From: an uncultured Eubacteriales bacterium
GTDB taxonomy: Bacteria; Bacillota; Clostridia; TANB77; CAG-508
Assembly (NCBI GenBank): GCA_948443845.1
Contig: CAOJUE010000008.1
Span: 1,822 to 65,821, forward strand
Direction of reading: 5' to 3'
Length of the DNA stretch: 64,000 nucleotides
In this document: in pieces, positions 46,724-55,192 of the stretch
Layout of the letters: every line of letters begins with the position of its first letter
Position numbering within the stretch: the stretch's first letter is position 1
Program-made: the position numbers and the translations under genes
Notes under the pieces: model-generated
Databases searched by the model: none
The model's input: the letters and a program-made list of their open reading frames with translations, nothing else
Told to the model about the DNA's origin: nothing

Positions 46724-48019
46724 CTAAATTTCAAAATCATCTTCATACCAGTCAAAACCATCTGAATTTCGATGTTTCAAATACCATTCTTTTCTTGCTT
46801 GTTTGCTTAAATCTCCAAAGCAATGACTTATTGTTCGTGTCGGACCAACATAAGTCATATTTTCAAAGAGATAGGCAAGGTGTTTTAATGTTTCCAAAGA
46901 AAGGTTACACCAATACCTATCGCAATTCCTATCAATATTCCCTGCATAACGTACTTTCTCTTGTTTTTGCTTATATCTTCCAGTTGAGCCTTGTACTCCT
47001 GCATTTGATAACGAAGTTCGTCCTTCACCTTGTCCGATAAACTCTTCTCCAAAGTATTGGTTAATCTCATTTCTATTTGTTCTGGTGTCAGCTGGTCTCG
47101 TATTCTCGAATCCATTTTCTTGTACATATCTTTCATCTCGGTTATCCAGCCATAAATTTTGTCCATTACTTCCATTGGTAGAGTAGTCAATTCTGTTTTC
47201 AACTCTATCACTTGTTTTGTTTCTTGTTCCTTGTTCTTCATTTGTATTGGTTCTATTGAACTCTGATTCATTCTTTTCATTTCTTCTAAATCCATATTCC
47301 ATACTCTCCTTTAAATATTTTTTATCGTGCAAACTTTTATCTCTGCATTTTTGTCCGTCTGGTGTTATATAAGTGATGTATTTTTGAGTGTCTGTCCACA
47401 TAACTTGATAATTCAAACTTTCCATATTTTTGATATATTCGTCTTTTGTATTTGAGATAGACATACAATAATCAATATCATTCATCAATTTAAACTTCCA
47501 ACTTTGTCCTTTATTGGCAACAGTATACTCATTTTTACCAATGTCTTTGACTTCGTTTTTATGTTCTAAGTCAATTGTTTTCAAACCATTTTCTTCACAC
47601 AATTTATTAGAAAACTTTTTAATTTCTTCTAAATCTTTCTTTCCAATGTGAAACTTCTTTCCATTCTCAAAAGAAACAGAATTGATAACGAAATGATTGT
47701 GCAAATGTTCTCGGTCGGTATGCGTAGCCACCAGAACTTGAAAGCCTTTAAAATATTCGGCAAATTGCAAGCCAATTTCGTGAGCTTTTTCATAAGATAA
47801 ATCGTCTTTTGGAGAAAAAGATTGAATGAAATGGAATGCTGTATAACCATTTTTCTTATTAAATATATTTTTGACGGTTTCCATTTCATCATAACAGGTA
47901 GGAACGCTACAATCTTTTCCGCTTATCAAAAATCCATTTTGGGTCTTATGAGGATTTTCAACATATCTTATGAGTCCTTTTATATTGTTTTTTCGTGTGA
48001 GTACCTTAATAACTGCCAT
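46724..48019 (-). CDS. relaxase/mobilization nuclease (MobA/VirD2 family)
   Basis: MAVIKVLTRKNNIKGLIRYVENPHKT N-terminus and the ATHTDREHLHNHFVINSVSF histidine triad. The region after residue ~240 is low-complexity. Confidence 0.85.
   Translation of the reverse strand: MAVIKVLTRKNNIKGLIRYVENPHKTQNGFLISGKDCSVPTCYDEMETVKNIFNKKNGYTAFHFIQSFSPKDDLSYEKAHEIGLQFAEYFKGFQVLVATHTDREHLHNHFVINSVSFENGKKFHIGKKDLEEIKKFSNKLCEENGLKTIDLEHKNEVKDIGKNEYTVANKGQSWKFKLMNDIDYCMSISNTKDEYIKNMESLNYQVMWTDTQKYITYITPDGQKCRDKSLHDKKYLKESMEYGFRRNEKNESEFNRTNTNEEQGTRNKTSDRVENRIDYSTNGSNGQNLWLDNRDERYVQENGFENTRPADTRTNRNEINQYFGEEFIGQGEGRTSLSNAGVQGSTGRYKQKQEKVRYAGNIDRNCDRYWCNLSLETLKHLAYLFENMTYVGPTRTISHCFGDLSKQARKEWYLKHRNSDGFDWYEDDFEI
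46885..47295 (-). CDS. candidate nested out-of-frame gene inside the relaxase gene (136 aa, coiled coil plus C-terminal TM)
   Basis: ATG at 47293-47295, 10 nt after AAGGAG. MDLEEMKRMNQ...ELRYQMQEYKAQLEDISKNKRKYVMQGILIGIAIGIGVTFLWKH. It is the longest same-strand alternative-frame ORF in the window. Confidence 0.45.
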   Translation of the reverse strand: MDLEEMKRMNQSSIEPIQMKNKEQETKQVIELKTELTTLPMEVMDKIYGWITEMKDMYKKMDSRIRDQLTPEQIEMRLTNTLEKSLSDKVKDELRYQMQEYKAQLEDISKNKRKYVMQGILIGIAIGIGVTFLWKH

Positions 48020-48285
48020 ATTTGCTCCATATAGGTTTGAATTTCCTCAATGTCATTTTTTTCGATTAATCCCATGTTACATTTTCTTGCAATTTGATTG
48101 ATATTTATTCCGATTTTTCTTATCTCATTAAATATTTCTTTGTAACCAACAATGACAACAATCTTTTTATTCAAAGCTGATTTCATCATGTAATCTGTCA
48201 TTGTCAAATTTGCTTTTTGACTTCTTTGTTTAAGATAGTCGTAATCATCTTTTGTCAGTCTAATATGTATTTGCTTATCTTTCAT
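47980..48285 (-). CDS. mobC: MobC-family relaxosome accessory protein
   Basis: IRLTKDDYDYLKQRSQKANLTMTDYMMKSAL...IRKIGININQIARKCN. Confidence 0.85.
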   Translation of the reverse strand: MKDKQIHIRLTKDDYDYLKQRSQKANLTMTDYMMKSALNKKIVVIVGYKEIFNEIRKIGININQIARKCNMGLIEKNDIEEIQTYMEQIWQLLRYSHEKTI

Positions 48286-48289
48286 AACC

Positions 48290-48630
48290 TCGTCCTTTCT
48301 TTTAAAGGGGTTTTAGGGGCTTGCCCCTATCAAGATGCCTTTTGTCCGTTAGGTACACAAAGGCTAATCTTGCCAATCATAAATCTCCATTCATCCTTTT
48401 AAATTTCTAATTTTTTTGTACATATCTAAAATTTACTGTTACATCTGCTACAATTTCTTCTACCCCAGAAATTCCAATATTTTCTTTCGATTTATCAAGT
48501 GTTACCGATATGTTACTTTTTGTAACCGTTTGTGTTACAGGTTTGTAGCACTAATTTTCAATCAAGTGTTACTTATCTTTCCTTACAATTCCAAGCATTT
48601 GAAAGTAATGTAGCACTTGTAACAGAAAAA
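48290..48630. promoter_or_regulatory. candidate oriT / iteron region of element 2
   Basis: Hairpins TAGGGG-CTTG-CCCCTA and GCCTTTTGT...ACAAAGGC at 48310-48365. Seven TGTTAC/GTAAC(A/C) motifs and two GTAGCAC motifs between 48437 and 48623. Confidence 0.45.
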
Positions 48631-50418
48631 TTATTGTATGCTACCCATAAATTTGTCTTTTTTCAACCAAATAAATCGTTTTACTTGATTTCCTAAACGC
48701 AATTCTTTTGTATTGCTATTGTTCGAGACTTCAATATAACCATCGTCAGAGAGGTGTTTCAGCAATGTTTTTTTACTAACGGCAAATAATTCGTCTTGCT
48801 CATCGCAAAGCCTTTTAACAGCCTTGTGAGCCATATCTGGTATTAAATAGTAATACATATCGTCTTCATAGCCAATAAAGTTATTTCCACCTGCAAATTG
48901 ATAATTTGACTTCTCTTCGACGATGACACTTTTGCTTTGTAATAGTGAGTTCAACTTGGTCAAAAACTTAACAGATGGGTTATCCTCGCTAATTGCTTTT
49001 GATTGACTTATTGCTAAATCAATTGCAATCTCTAAGAACTCACTTAATAAATCGTCATAATCTCTTTGAGATATGATTTTATTGTTTAGCAAAAAATCAA
49101 TAAAATTTTCAAATCCTAACCAAAGCCAAGCTAATGATTCAGGTATTCTCGGATGTACTGTTACTGCATTGTCATCTAATTTGTTTTGTATTATTGCTCG
49201 ATATTCTATAAAATGATTTCTCAATTTTTCTAAAAACAGCTTTCTCGTATAATCTTCGTTTACATACAGATAAATATTTCTAATATACAAACTCATAATT
49301 GATTTAAAACAGCCATTTCTAGCAAATTCTTGTAATTCGGTTAGTTTTTCAATATTAATGTCGTCTTTGCTTAATTCAACAACAATATATCGCGCTGTTC
49401 CGCTTTCGCTTATATCTGGGGCAGATTCGCCAGTCAAAATGGCATTTCCTCTTGGTGGTTTTGAAATTTTCAAAGTGCTGTCGCAATTTAATTTATTTCT
49501 ACCAATACGATCGCCATAGGAACGCATAATAATTTGGGCAGTTTTATTCATGGATTGTTCGTCCGCTTTTGTAGACGGGTGGTAATCGTCAATGACTGTT
49601 AAAACATCTTTTAGTATAAAAGTTTGTTCAATAATACTGTTTGCTGTATCTCGAAATGAAATTGGTAAATCCGTATTGGTAAAATCTCCAAAGAAAGACA
49701 ATATTAATGATGCTAATGTACTTTTTCTTGCTCCAGTTTTTCCGATTAAAAACAATATTACTTTGGGTTCACAATTTACCATTTTCAAAAAGTGGTTCAG
49801 TGGTGATAAAAAAGCCATTGCGATTAGTGGAAATAGAATTCGATGTGGGATGAATTCTTTGCTTAATAATTTATCGATACATTTTTCGTTCGTATTAAGA
49901 AATCGTTCTGTTGGGTCTACTAATGAATATCTGGATAGTTTACCAGCTAATTCGATGTTTGTTTCAATCCCTTCATCTAAATATAAACCATTGCATAAAA
50001 ATATGAATTTACCATTGATTTCTTGCCAACCTGTATGGGTGTAGATATGATTTGTTGTAATATCATCGGCGGTACATTGAATCGCATGTCTAATACAATC
50101 TTTTACCATTTGCCCAATTTCAATATTACATTGCAATCCCCAATATTGTGTAATCCAATTTAATTTGTTAAATTCATTAGAGGGAATACGAATGTCTGGC
50201 AGATATTTTCCTGTACAATGAACGCCACCTATTGTTAAATATCTTTTTGGCTCGATTCCGTCATCTAAAAGAAGTTCACTTTTAGCATATGGCACAAAAT
50301 TGGCTAACTTTTTTGTAATAACATTGTCTTTTTTGTGAATTTCTTTGTATAAGCAATTATCAATGATTCGATATTCTGTATTAGAAAAGATGTTGTTACT
50401 TGTTTTAGTATCTTCCAT
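48631..50418 (-). CDS. DUF927-type P-loop helicase (element replication helicase, SCC Cch-like)
   Basis: 595 aa. ILFLIGKTGARKSTLASLILSFFG Walker A and LTVIDDYHP Walker B. The N-terminal half has no recognised motif. Confidence 0.65.
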   Translation of the reverse strand: MEDTKTSNNIFSNTEYRIIDNCLYKEIHKKDNVITKKLANFVPYAKSELLLDDGIEPKRYLTIGGVHCTGKYLPDIRIPSNEFNKLNWITQYWGLQCNIEIGQMVKDCIRHAIQCTADDITTNHIYTHTGWQEINGKFIFLCNGLYLDEGIETNIELAGKLSRYSLVDPTERFLNTNEKCIDKLLSKEFIPHRILFPLIAMAFLSPLNHFLKMVNCEPKVILFLIGKTGARKSTLASLILSFFGDFTNTDLPISFRDTANSIIEQTFILKDVLTVIDDYHPSTKADEQSMNKTAQIIMRSYGDRIGRNKLNCDSTLKISKPPRGNAILTGESAPDISESGTARYIVVELSKDDINIEKLTELQEFARNGCFKSIMSLYIRNIYLYVNEDYTRKLFLEKLRNHFIEYRAIIQNKLDDNAVTVHPRIPESLAWLWLGFENFIDFLLNNKIISQRDYDDLLSEFLEIAIDLAISQSKAISEDNPSVKFLTKLNSLLQSKSVIVEEKSNYQFAGGNNFIGYEDDMYYYLIPDMAHKAVKRLCDEQDELFAVSKKTLLKHLSDDGYIEVSNNSNTKELRLGNQVKRFIWLKKDKFMGSIQ

Positions 50419-50513
50419 TGCAGTAATCTCCTTTCTTTTTTCTATGTTCTAGAATATAGAAAAAGTTTTTGAAAAATTTTTCATAGACACATTTTACCTG
50501 TTTAAACCAAAAA

Positions 50514-50564
50514 ACAAAAAGTAACAATTTTCCGAGCCTAGCGATTCTTACTTTATCAAATTTG
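50514..50564. repeat. about 50-bp repeat copy A flanking the small HTH gene
   Basis: AAAAAGTAACAATTTTCCGAGCCTAGCGATTCTTACTTTATCAAATTT with internal AAAGTAA/TTACTTT arms. Confidence 0.7.
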
Positions 50565-50642
50565 TTTTTCGTTGATAATAAAGGATTTTGGGCAAGAAAA
50601 AAGTCCTAAACCTATAAAAGTTTAGAACTTTTAAAAATATTT

Positions 50643-50891
50643 TTAATTTTTTTCTCTTTTTTCTTGTAACCAACTTTTAAGTGCTGATTCTTCAATCTTT
50701 AAATTTCCAATTTTAATGGAAGGTATATCATCTCTTTTCAATAATTCAGTTGCACTATTCACATTAATCCCTAAAATTTTTGATACATCTTTTGCAGAAA
50801 GCATTTTAATTGTGTCTTGTTGTTTTATCTCTTGCAAAGAGTTATTAATGCTTTTTAGTAGCTCTAATAATTCATTCGTATTTTCGCCCAT
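50643..50891 (-). CDS. excisionase/MerR-like helix-turn-helix DNA-binding protein
   Basis: LSAKDVSKILGINVNSATELLKRDDIPSIKIGNLKIEESALKSWL. Confidence 0.7.
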   Translation of the reverse strand: MGENTNELLELLKSINNSLQEIKQQDTIKMLSAKDVSKILGINVNSATELLKRDDIPSIKIGNLKIEESALKSWLQEKREKN

Positions 50892-50952
50892 AAAATTTGC
50901 TCCTTTCTAAAAAAATTTTGGTGAGCAAATTTTATTTGGTTTTTCTCAAAAT

Positions 50953-51003
50953 TAAAAAGTAACAATTTTCCAACTCTAACAATTTTTACTTTATCAAATT
51001 TTA
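50953..51003. repeat. about 50-bp repeat copy B
   Basis: AAAAAGTAACAATTTTCCAACTCTAACAATTTTTACTTTATCAAATTT. Confidence 0.7.
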
Positions 51004-51272
51004 TTATTTGATATTTTCTTATAAATGAGAATTTTTTTGAGAGTTAAGTTGATAATTGTTTATTTTTATGATATTATCGTAATAGATAAATTACAAGTAT
51101 AGCATAGAAAAAGTGAAATGTATTTAAGGGATAGAAATAAATAGGTTATAGAAAGATTAGAATTTGAGAAAAGTCTAGTCTTTTATAATTTTTTCAAAAA
51201 AATATGCAACCGATTTGAAAAATATGCTAATATACAAATGAAAGACGTCTTAAAAAGGAGTTAAAATCTAAA

Positions 51273-51830
51273 TTGGAAATGAAAAACAAGAAAATTTCTA
51301 CTTATATAGCTTATGATAAGTTATTGATGGAAGAAATCATGGAAGATTATACGAATTATATTTATACGATTATTCGAAATTTTTCTATCGGCTTATCAAA
51401 GGAAGATATTGAGGAAGTTGTGTTAGATGTGTTTTTAACGTTATGGAAAAATCAATATAAGTTAGATGTAAATAAAAGTATGTCAGCCTATATAAGTGGA
51501 ATCACGAAAAATTTAATTAAATATAAATATAGGCAAAGTAAGGTTATGGCTAATATTGAAGATTATGAAGAACATTTGATTGACTTTACGAATATTGAAT
51601 TGGTTTTAGCTCAAAATGAAAAAGAAGAAATCATTTCGAATGAATTAGATGTGCTAAAACAGGAAGATAGAGAAATATTCATAGAATATTATTATGCTGA
51701 AAAAAGCATCAAAGAAATTTCAAAAATATATAATATGTCTGAATCAAAAGTGAAATCCAAATTATTTCGCGTCAGAAAAAGGTTAAATAAAATATTGAAT
51801 AAAAGGGGGTATGGTTCGAATGAAAAATGA
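51273..51830 (+). CDS. ECF-type sigma-70 family RNA polymerase sigma factor
   Basis: Region 2 (YTNYIYTIIRNF...EDIEEVVLDVFLTLW) and region 4 (EIFIEYYYAEKSIKEISKIYNMSESKVKSKLFRVRKRL). Confidence 0.82.
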   Translation: MEMKNKKISTYIAYDKLLMEEIMEDYTNYIYTIIRNFSIGLSKEDIEEVVLDVFLTLWKNQYKLDVNKSMSAYISGITKNLIKYKYRQSKVMANIEDYEEHLIDFTNIELVLAQNEKEEIISNELDVLKQEDREIFIEYYYAEKSIKEISKIYNMSESKVKSKLFRVRKRLNKILNKRGYGSNEK

Positions 51831-52980
51831 ATTATTTGATGAGTTTAAAAGACGAGTTGCTATATCCAATTTTGAAGAAGAATATGAGAAGAGGAGAAAA
51901 CAAGAAATGAAAAAATTAAAAATAGCAAATGTAGCAGCAGTTTTAGCAGTTGCAGTTGTGATAGGATGTGTTACACCAACGATTTATGCAAAAATAAAAT
52001 GGAATATTGAATTTAATGAATATAAGGAAAAAACGTTTGAAACACCAACAGAAACATTAGATTATGCAAGAGAATCAGGATTTGCAGATAAAATTGATGA
52101 AGATTATGTTGTGAAAGATGGAGTTGGAATAAAACTTGATTCATTCTTGTTGACAGATGATTGTTTAAATGCTAGAGTAAGTTTTAAATTTTCAGAAGAA
52201 AAGGAAGTTGATTCGGGGACATTTGAGTTTGGATATGTTATTTATGATGAAAATAAAAATATTTATGGCTTGCAAACAAGAAGGCATGAGAATAGAACAC
52301 AAGAAGAGAATTTAATGATTGCTACTTTTAAAAAGTTAGGTGTAAAGTATGATGAGAATGCAATTTTTGACAAAATTCTTAATGATAGATCAAGTATTGA
52401 AAATATTGTAACAACGGAAAACAGAACGATTGTGAGAGACATTACTTTAAGAGCAAAAGATATTTTTCCAAAGAGTCAGAAAATTTACATTGAATTTTTT
52501 GATTTAGGTTATTTAATGATGGATTGGGATGCAATACATGGTGAATATGATCCAAGTCAAGTTGACATGGAGGATTTTCCGATTACAGAAGAAGAGTGGA
52601 TTTTTGAAAGAGATACATCTGAAAAGTTTTCTGAAAGAGATACACTTAATCTTGTATTAAAAGATGAAATTCCAGATTTTCAAATCGAAAAATGTACACT
52701 AACTGAATCAGGAATGATACTTGATTTCAAATCAGAAGAGTATATGAAATTAGTTGGTACAGTCAAAGAGGTGGATGGAATACTTATGAATCCTACTTGG
52801 AATATGGTAACAATAACAGATGGAGAAGGAAAACAGTATGGAAATACAGGAAGTGGAGGTACAGAAAGTGGCAGTTATAGAATGGATATTGATGCTGGCA
52901 AAAAGGATTTAGAGAAAAAGTTGTTTGTAAACTTTATCAGTAATGGTCAAAAATATACAAGTGAGTTAGTTGAAAATTAA
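51811..52980 (+). CDS. putative anti-sigma factor / single-pass membrane protein with a large extracytoplasmic domain
   Basis: Overlaps the sigma gene 3-prime end. Short cytoplasmic N-terminus, TM (IANVAAVLAVAVVIGCV), then a 320-aa external domain. Confidence 0.55.
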   Translation: MVRMKNELFDEFKRRVAISNFEEEYEKRRKQEMKKLKIANVAAVLAVAVVIGCVTPTIYAKIKWNIEFNEYKEKTFETPTETLDYARESGFADKIDEDYVVKDGVGIKLDSFLLTDDCLNARVSFKFSEEKEVDSGTFEFGYVIYDENKNIYGLQTRRHENRTQEENLMIATFKKLGVKYDENAIFDKILNDRSSIENIVTTENRTIVRDITLRAKDIFPKSQKIYIEFFDLGYLMMDWDAIHGEYDPSQVDMEDFPITEEEWIFERDTSEKFSERDTLNLVLKDEIPDFQIEKCTLTESGMILDFKSEEYMKLVGTVKEVDGILMNPTWNMVTITDGEGKQYGNTGSGGTESGSYRMDIDAGKKDLEKKLFVNFISNGQKYTSELVEN

Positions 52981-53089
52981 AGAAATAGAAGATTAGATGT
53001 AATGTCTAATCTTTTTTTGCAAAAAACAAGAAAAACTAATTATATTGGGATGATATTTGTAGTTGGAATATAAGTTACTAATTTTTTAC

Positions 53090-53713
53090 TTATCTAAAAT
53101 CCATATTTTTTACTAAATACTGTGTATTCTCAATCCTTTCAAATCCATTTTTTTCATAAAACTTTACTAATTTTTCAATTTTATTTTTACTTCTAGTCGG
53201 TGTAAATTTGCCTTCTTTTATTTCAAATGGATTCGCCAACAAAACTAAACAGCCTGGCTTTAATTTCAATATATTTCTGATTAATTTAGGCAATTCTTTA
53301 ACAATAACACTTCCAATACCTAAATTTCTGAATTTCTTATCTATAAATATTTTATTAATATAAATTACATCCTCATCCATACCAACATAATTTTCATTCG
53401 GTTCATCTCCATCAAATAAATAATGACATACTCCTTGTTTTTCTGAATCAATCATATCAAACAAGTCATAAACACTATATCCAATCTCATCTGCCATACT
53501 TACATCCATATAAGTCATTTCTATTTCACCGATTTTTCCTGTTTCATTGAAGCCTTCATCTGTTTTATATATCTGAAGAAAGTATTTCTGATTTAATAAA
53601 TCCATATCTGAACAACTTATATCTAATTCGTTCTCATCTATAATTCCCAATGTTTCGCTTATTCCTGAACCTTTTATCACTATATTTTCAAAATCCATAT
53701 TTTCTCCATTCAA
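53090..53713 (-). CDS. GNAT family N-acetyltransferase with an acidic N-terminal extension
   Basis: FIDKKFRNLGIGSVIVKEL acetyl-CoA binding motif and C-terminal FYEKNGFERIE. Confidence 0.7.
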   Translation of the reverse strand: MNGENMDFENIVIKGSGISETLGIIDENELDISCSDMDLLNQKYFLQIYKTDEGFNETGKIGEIEMTYMDVSMADEIGYSVYDLFDMIDSEKQGVCHYLFDGDEPNENYVGMDEDVIYINKIFIDKKFRNLGIGSVIVKELPKLIRNILKLKPGCLVLLANPFEIKEGKFTPTRSKNKIEKLVKFYEKNGFERIENTQYLVKNMDFR

Positions 53714-53731
53714 TACTGTTAAAAGTATTTT

Positions 53732-54730
53732 CTACTTTAATATTTTCCAACTACCCTTTTTATTAGAACCTTCTCTTTTAATGATTTCTTTTTTTCTTAA
53801 TAAATCCAAATGATATTTTATTCCATCTGGTGTTATTCCAATCTTTTCAGCTAACTCATTTCTTGTAATATACTGATTTTCTTTCATTAATTCTAATATT
53901 TTAATTTGAGTATCCGTTAAATTTTCTTGGGTAGTATTTAGGGTAGTTTCTTGGGTAGTATTTTGACTTTCAACCATATCATCTACAGCTTCATCGATGA
54001 TTTTAAGCATGAATTCAATAAATTCAGTTGAATTTCCAACTTTATTACAATAATCAATTACCTTATAATATTCATCTTGATTTTTCTTTATCATACTTTC
54101 AATAGGCAAAAACTTAAATGCTTTTTCCCAATGGGATAAAATTGCAGTTTGCCACAGTCTTGCAGTTCTTCCATTTCCATCCGAAAAAGGATGGATAAAT
54201 AAAAATTCATAATGAAAAATAGAGGATAAAATAAGCGGATTAACATCTTCTTTTACTTCATTCATCCAATTAAATAAATTGTCCATAAGAGTAGGGACCA
54301 TACTATGCGGTGGAGCCATAAAGATTTGTACGTCTCCATCATATACCGCTTCACCATGATTTCTAAATTTTCCACTATCATCTTCGATTAGGAATGTTAA
54401 TATTCCTTGTATTTTTTTTAAATCCTCTACCGAATAAGGATTTACTTTGTCAATTTCTTCATAGGCTTTATAAGCATTTTTAACTTCTTGTATATCCTTC
54501 TGCTCACCAAGCACCATTTTACCATTGATTACATCTTCTACTTGAAATAAGGATAATTGGTTATTTTCAATAGCCAACGATGAATGAATGGAGCGAATTC
54601 TTGATTTTCTCCTTAACTCTGGATATCGATTTAAACTTTCAAAATAGTTGGCTTCTCCAATTTTTTTCATAATGTCAGACACATAATTTAATGTTTTATC
54701 AGTTATTGTATATGGCGGATCGTTTTTCAT
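53732..54730 (-). CDS. Fic family protein with C-terminal winged HTH
   Basis: Fic motif HPFSDGNGRTARL. N-terminal inhibitory-helix-like SLAIEN (SxxxEN). C-terminal ILELMKENQYITRNELAEKIGITPDGIKYHL. Confidence 0.88.
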   Translation of the reverse strand: MKNDPPYTITDKTLNYVSDIMKKIGEANYFESLNRYPELRRKSRIRSIHSSLAIENNQLSLFQVEDVINGKMVLGEQKDIQEVKNAYKAYEEIDKVNPYSVEDLKKIQGILTFLIEDDSGKFRNHGEAVYDGDVQIFMAPPHSMVPTLMDNLFNWMNEVKEDVNPLILSSIFHYEFLFIHPFSDGNGRTARLWQTAILSHWEKAFKFLPIESMIKKNQDEYYKVIDYCNKVGNSTEFIEFMLKIIDEAVDDMVESQNTTQETTLNTTQENLTDTQIKILELMKENQYITRNELAEKIGITPDGIKYHLDLLRKKEIIKREGSNKKGSWKILK

Positions 54731-54886
54731 AGTTGGCCTCCTAAAAATCTCTTAACTTTCTATTTATATATATCATATATTCTGCTAATTTTCAAGGACA
54801 AAAAATTGCATTAAAACTACATTAAAATTTTTTTATCATCCTTTAACTACTTGTAAATACTATATTTTTCATAAAACGACAGGCGC

Positions 54887-54897
54887 CACCTCGACCA
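54887..54897 (+). repeat. att direct repeat copy 3 (11 nt of the tRNA-Pro 3-prime end)
   Basis: CACCTCGACCA. Confidence 0.7.
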
Positions 54898-54906
54898 GCA
54901 AGATGC

Positions 54907-54948
54907 AAAAAGTGTTGAAAATAGTAGTTTTCAACACTTTTTATTTTT
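54907..54948 (+). terminator. hairpin terminator after att copy 3
   Basis: AAAAAGTGTTGAAAA-TAGTAG-TTTTCAACACTTTTT followed by ATTTTT. Confidence 0.7.
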
Positions 54949-55192
54949 ATTCAAAATTATTGAGTACTATCTCAAAGTGCCTAAAAATAAGCATTTTATC
55001 ATTCAATATTACTTAAAACTATTTAGACTAATACAGCGTTACAGAGTTTTTGTTAGATTTATTGTTAGACTTATCAAAAAAACTGTCTAACAAAAACTAA
55101 ATCCGTGCAATCCTTGAATATTAAAAGAAACACGGATTTTAGTTAGAATTATTGTTAGACAGTATTATTTAAAATTATGTATAATAATTTAT

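Larger units (their letters stand above)
41310..54897. mobile_element. integrative mobilizable element 2 (about 13.6 kb), in tandem with element 1
   Basis: Bounded by att copies at 41298-41309 and 54887-54897. Has its own Int, MobC, relaxase, DUF927-type helicase and HTH. About 23-nt CTGCATTAAAA-TTACATTAAAA repeats near both ends. Confidence 0.75.

Noticed and set aside
47629-47892. 87-aa same-strand alternative-frame ORF inside the relaxase catalytic domain
   Set aside because: It overlaps the conserved histidine-triad region, has no SD and has implausible composition. This contrasts with the 46885-47295 ORF, which I kept.
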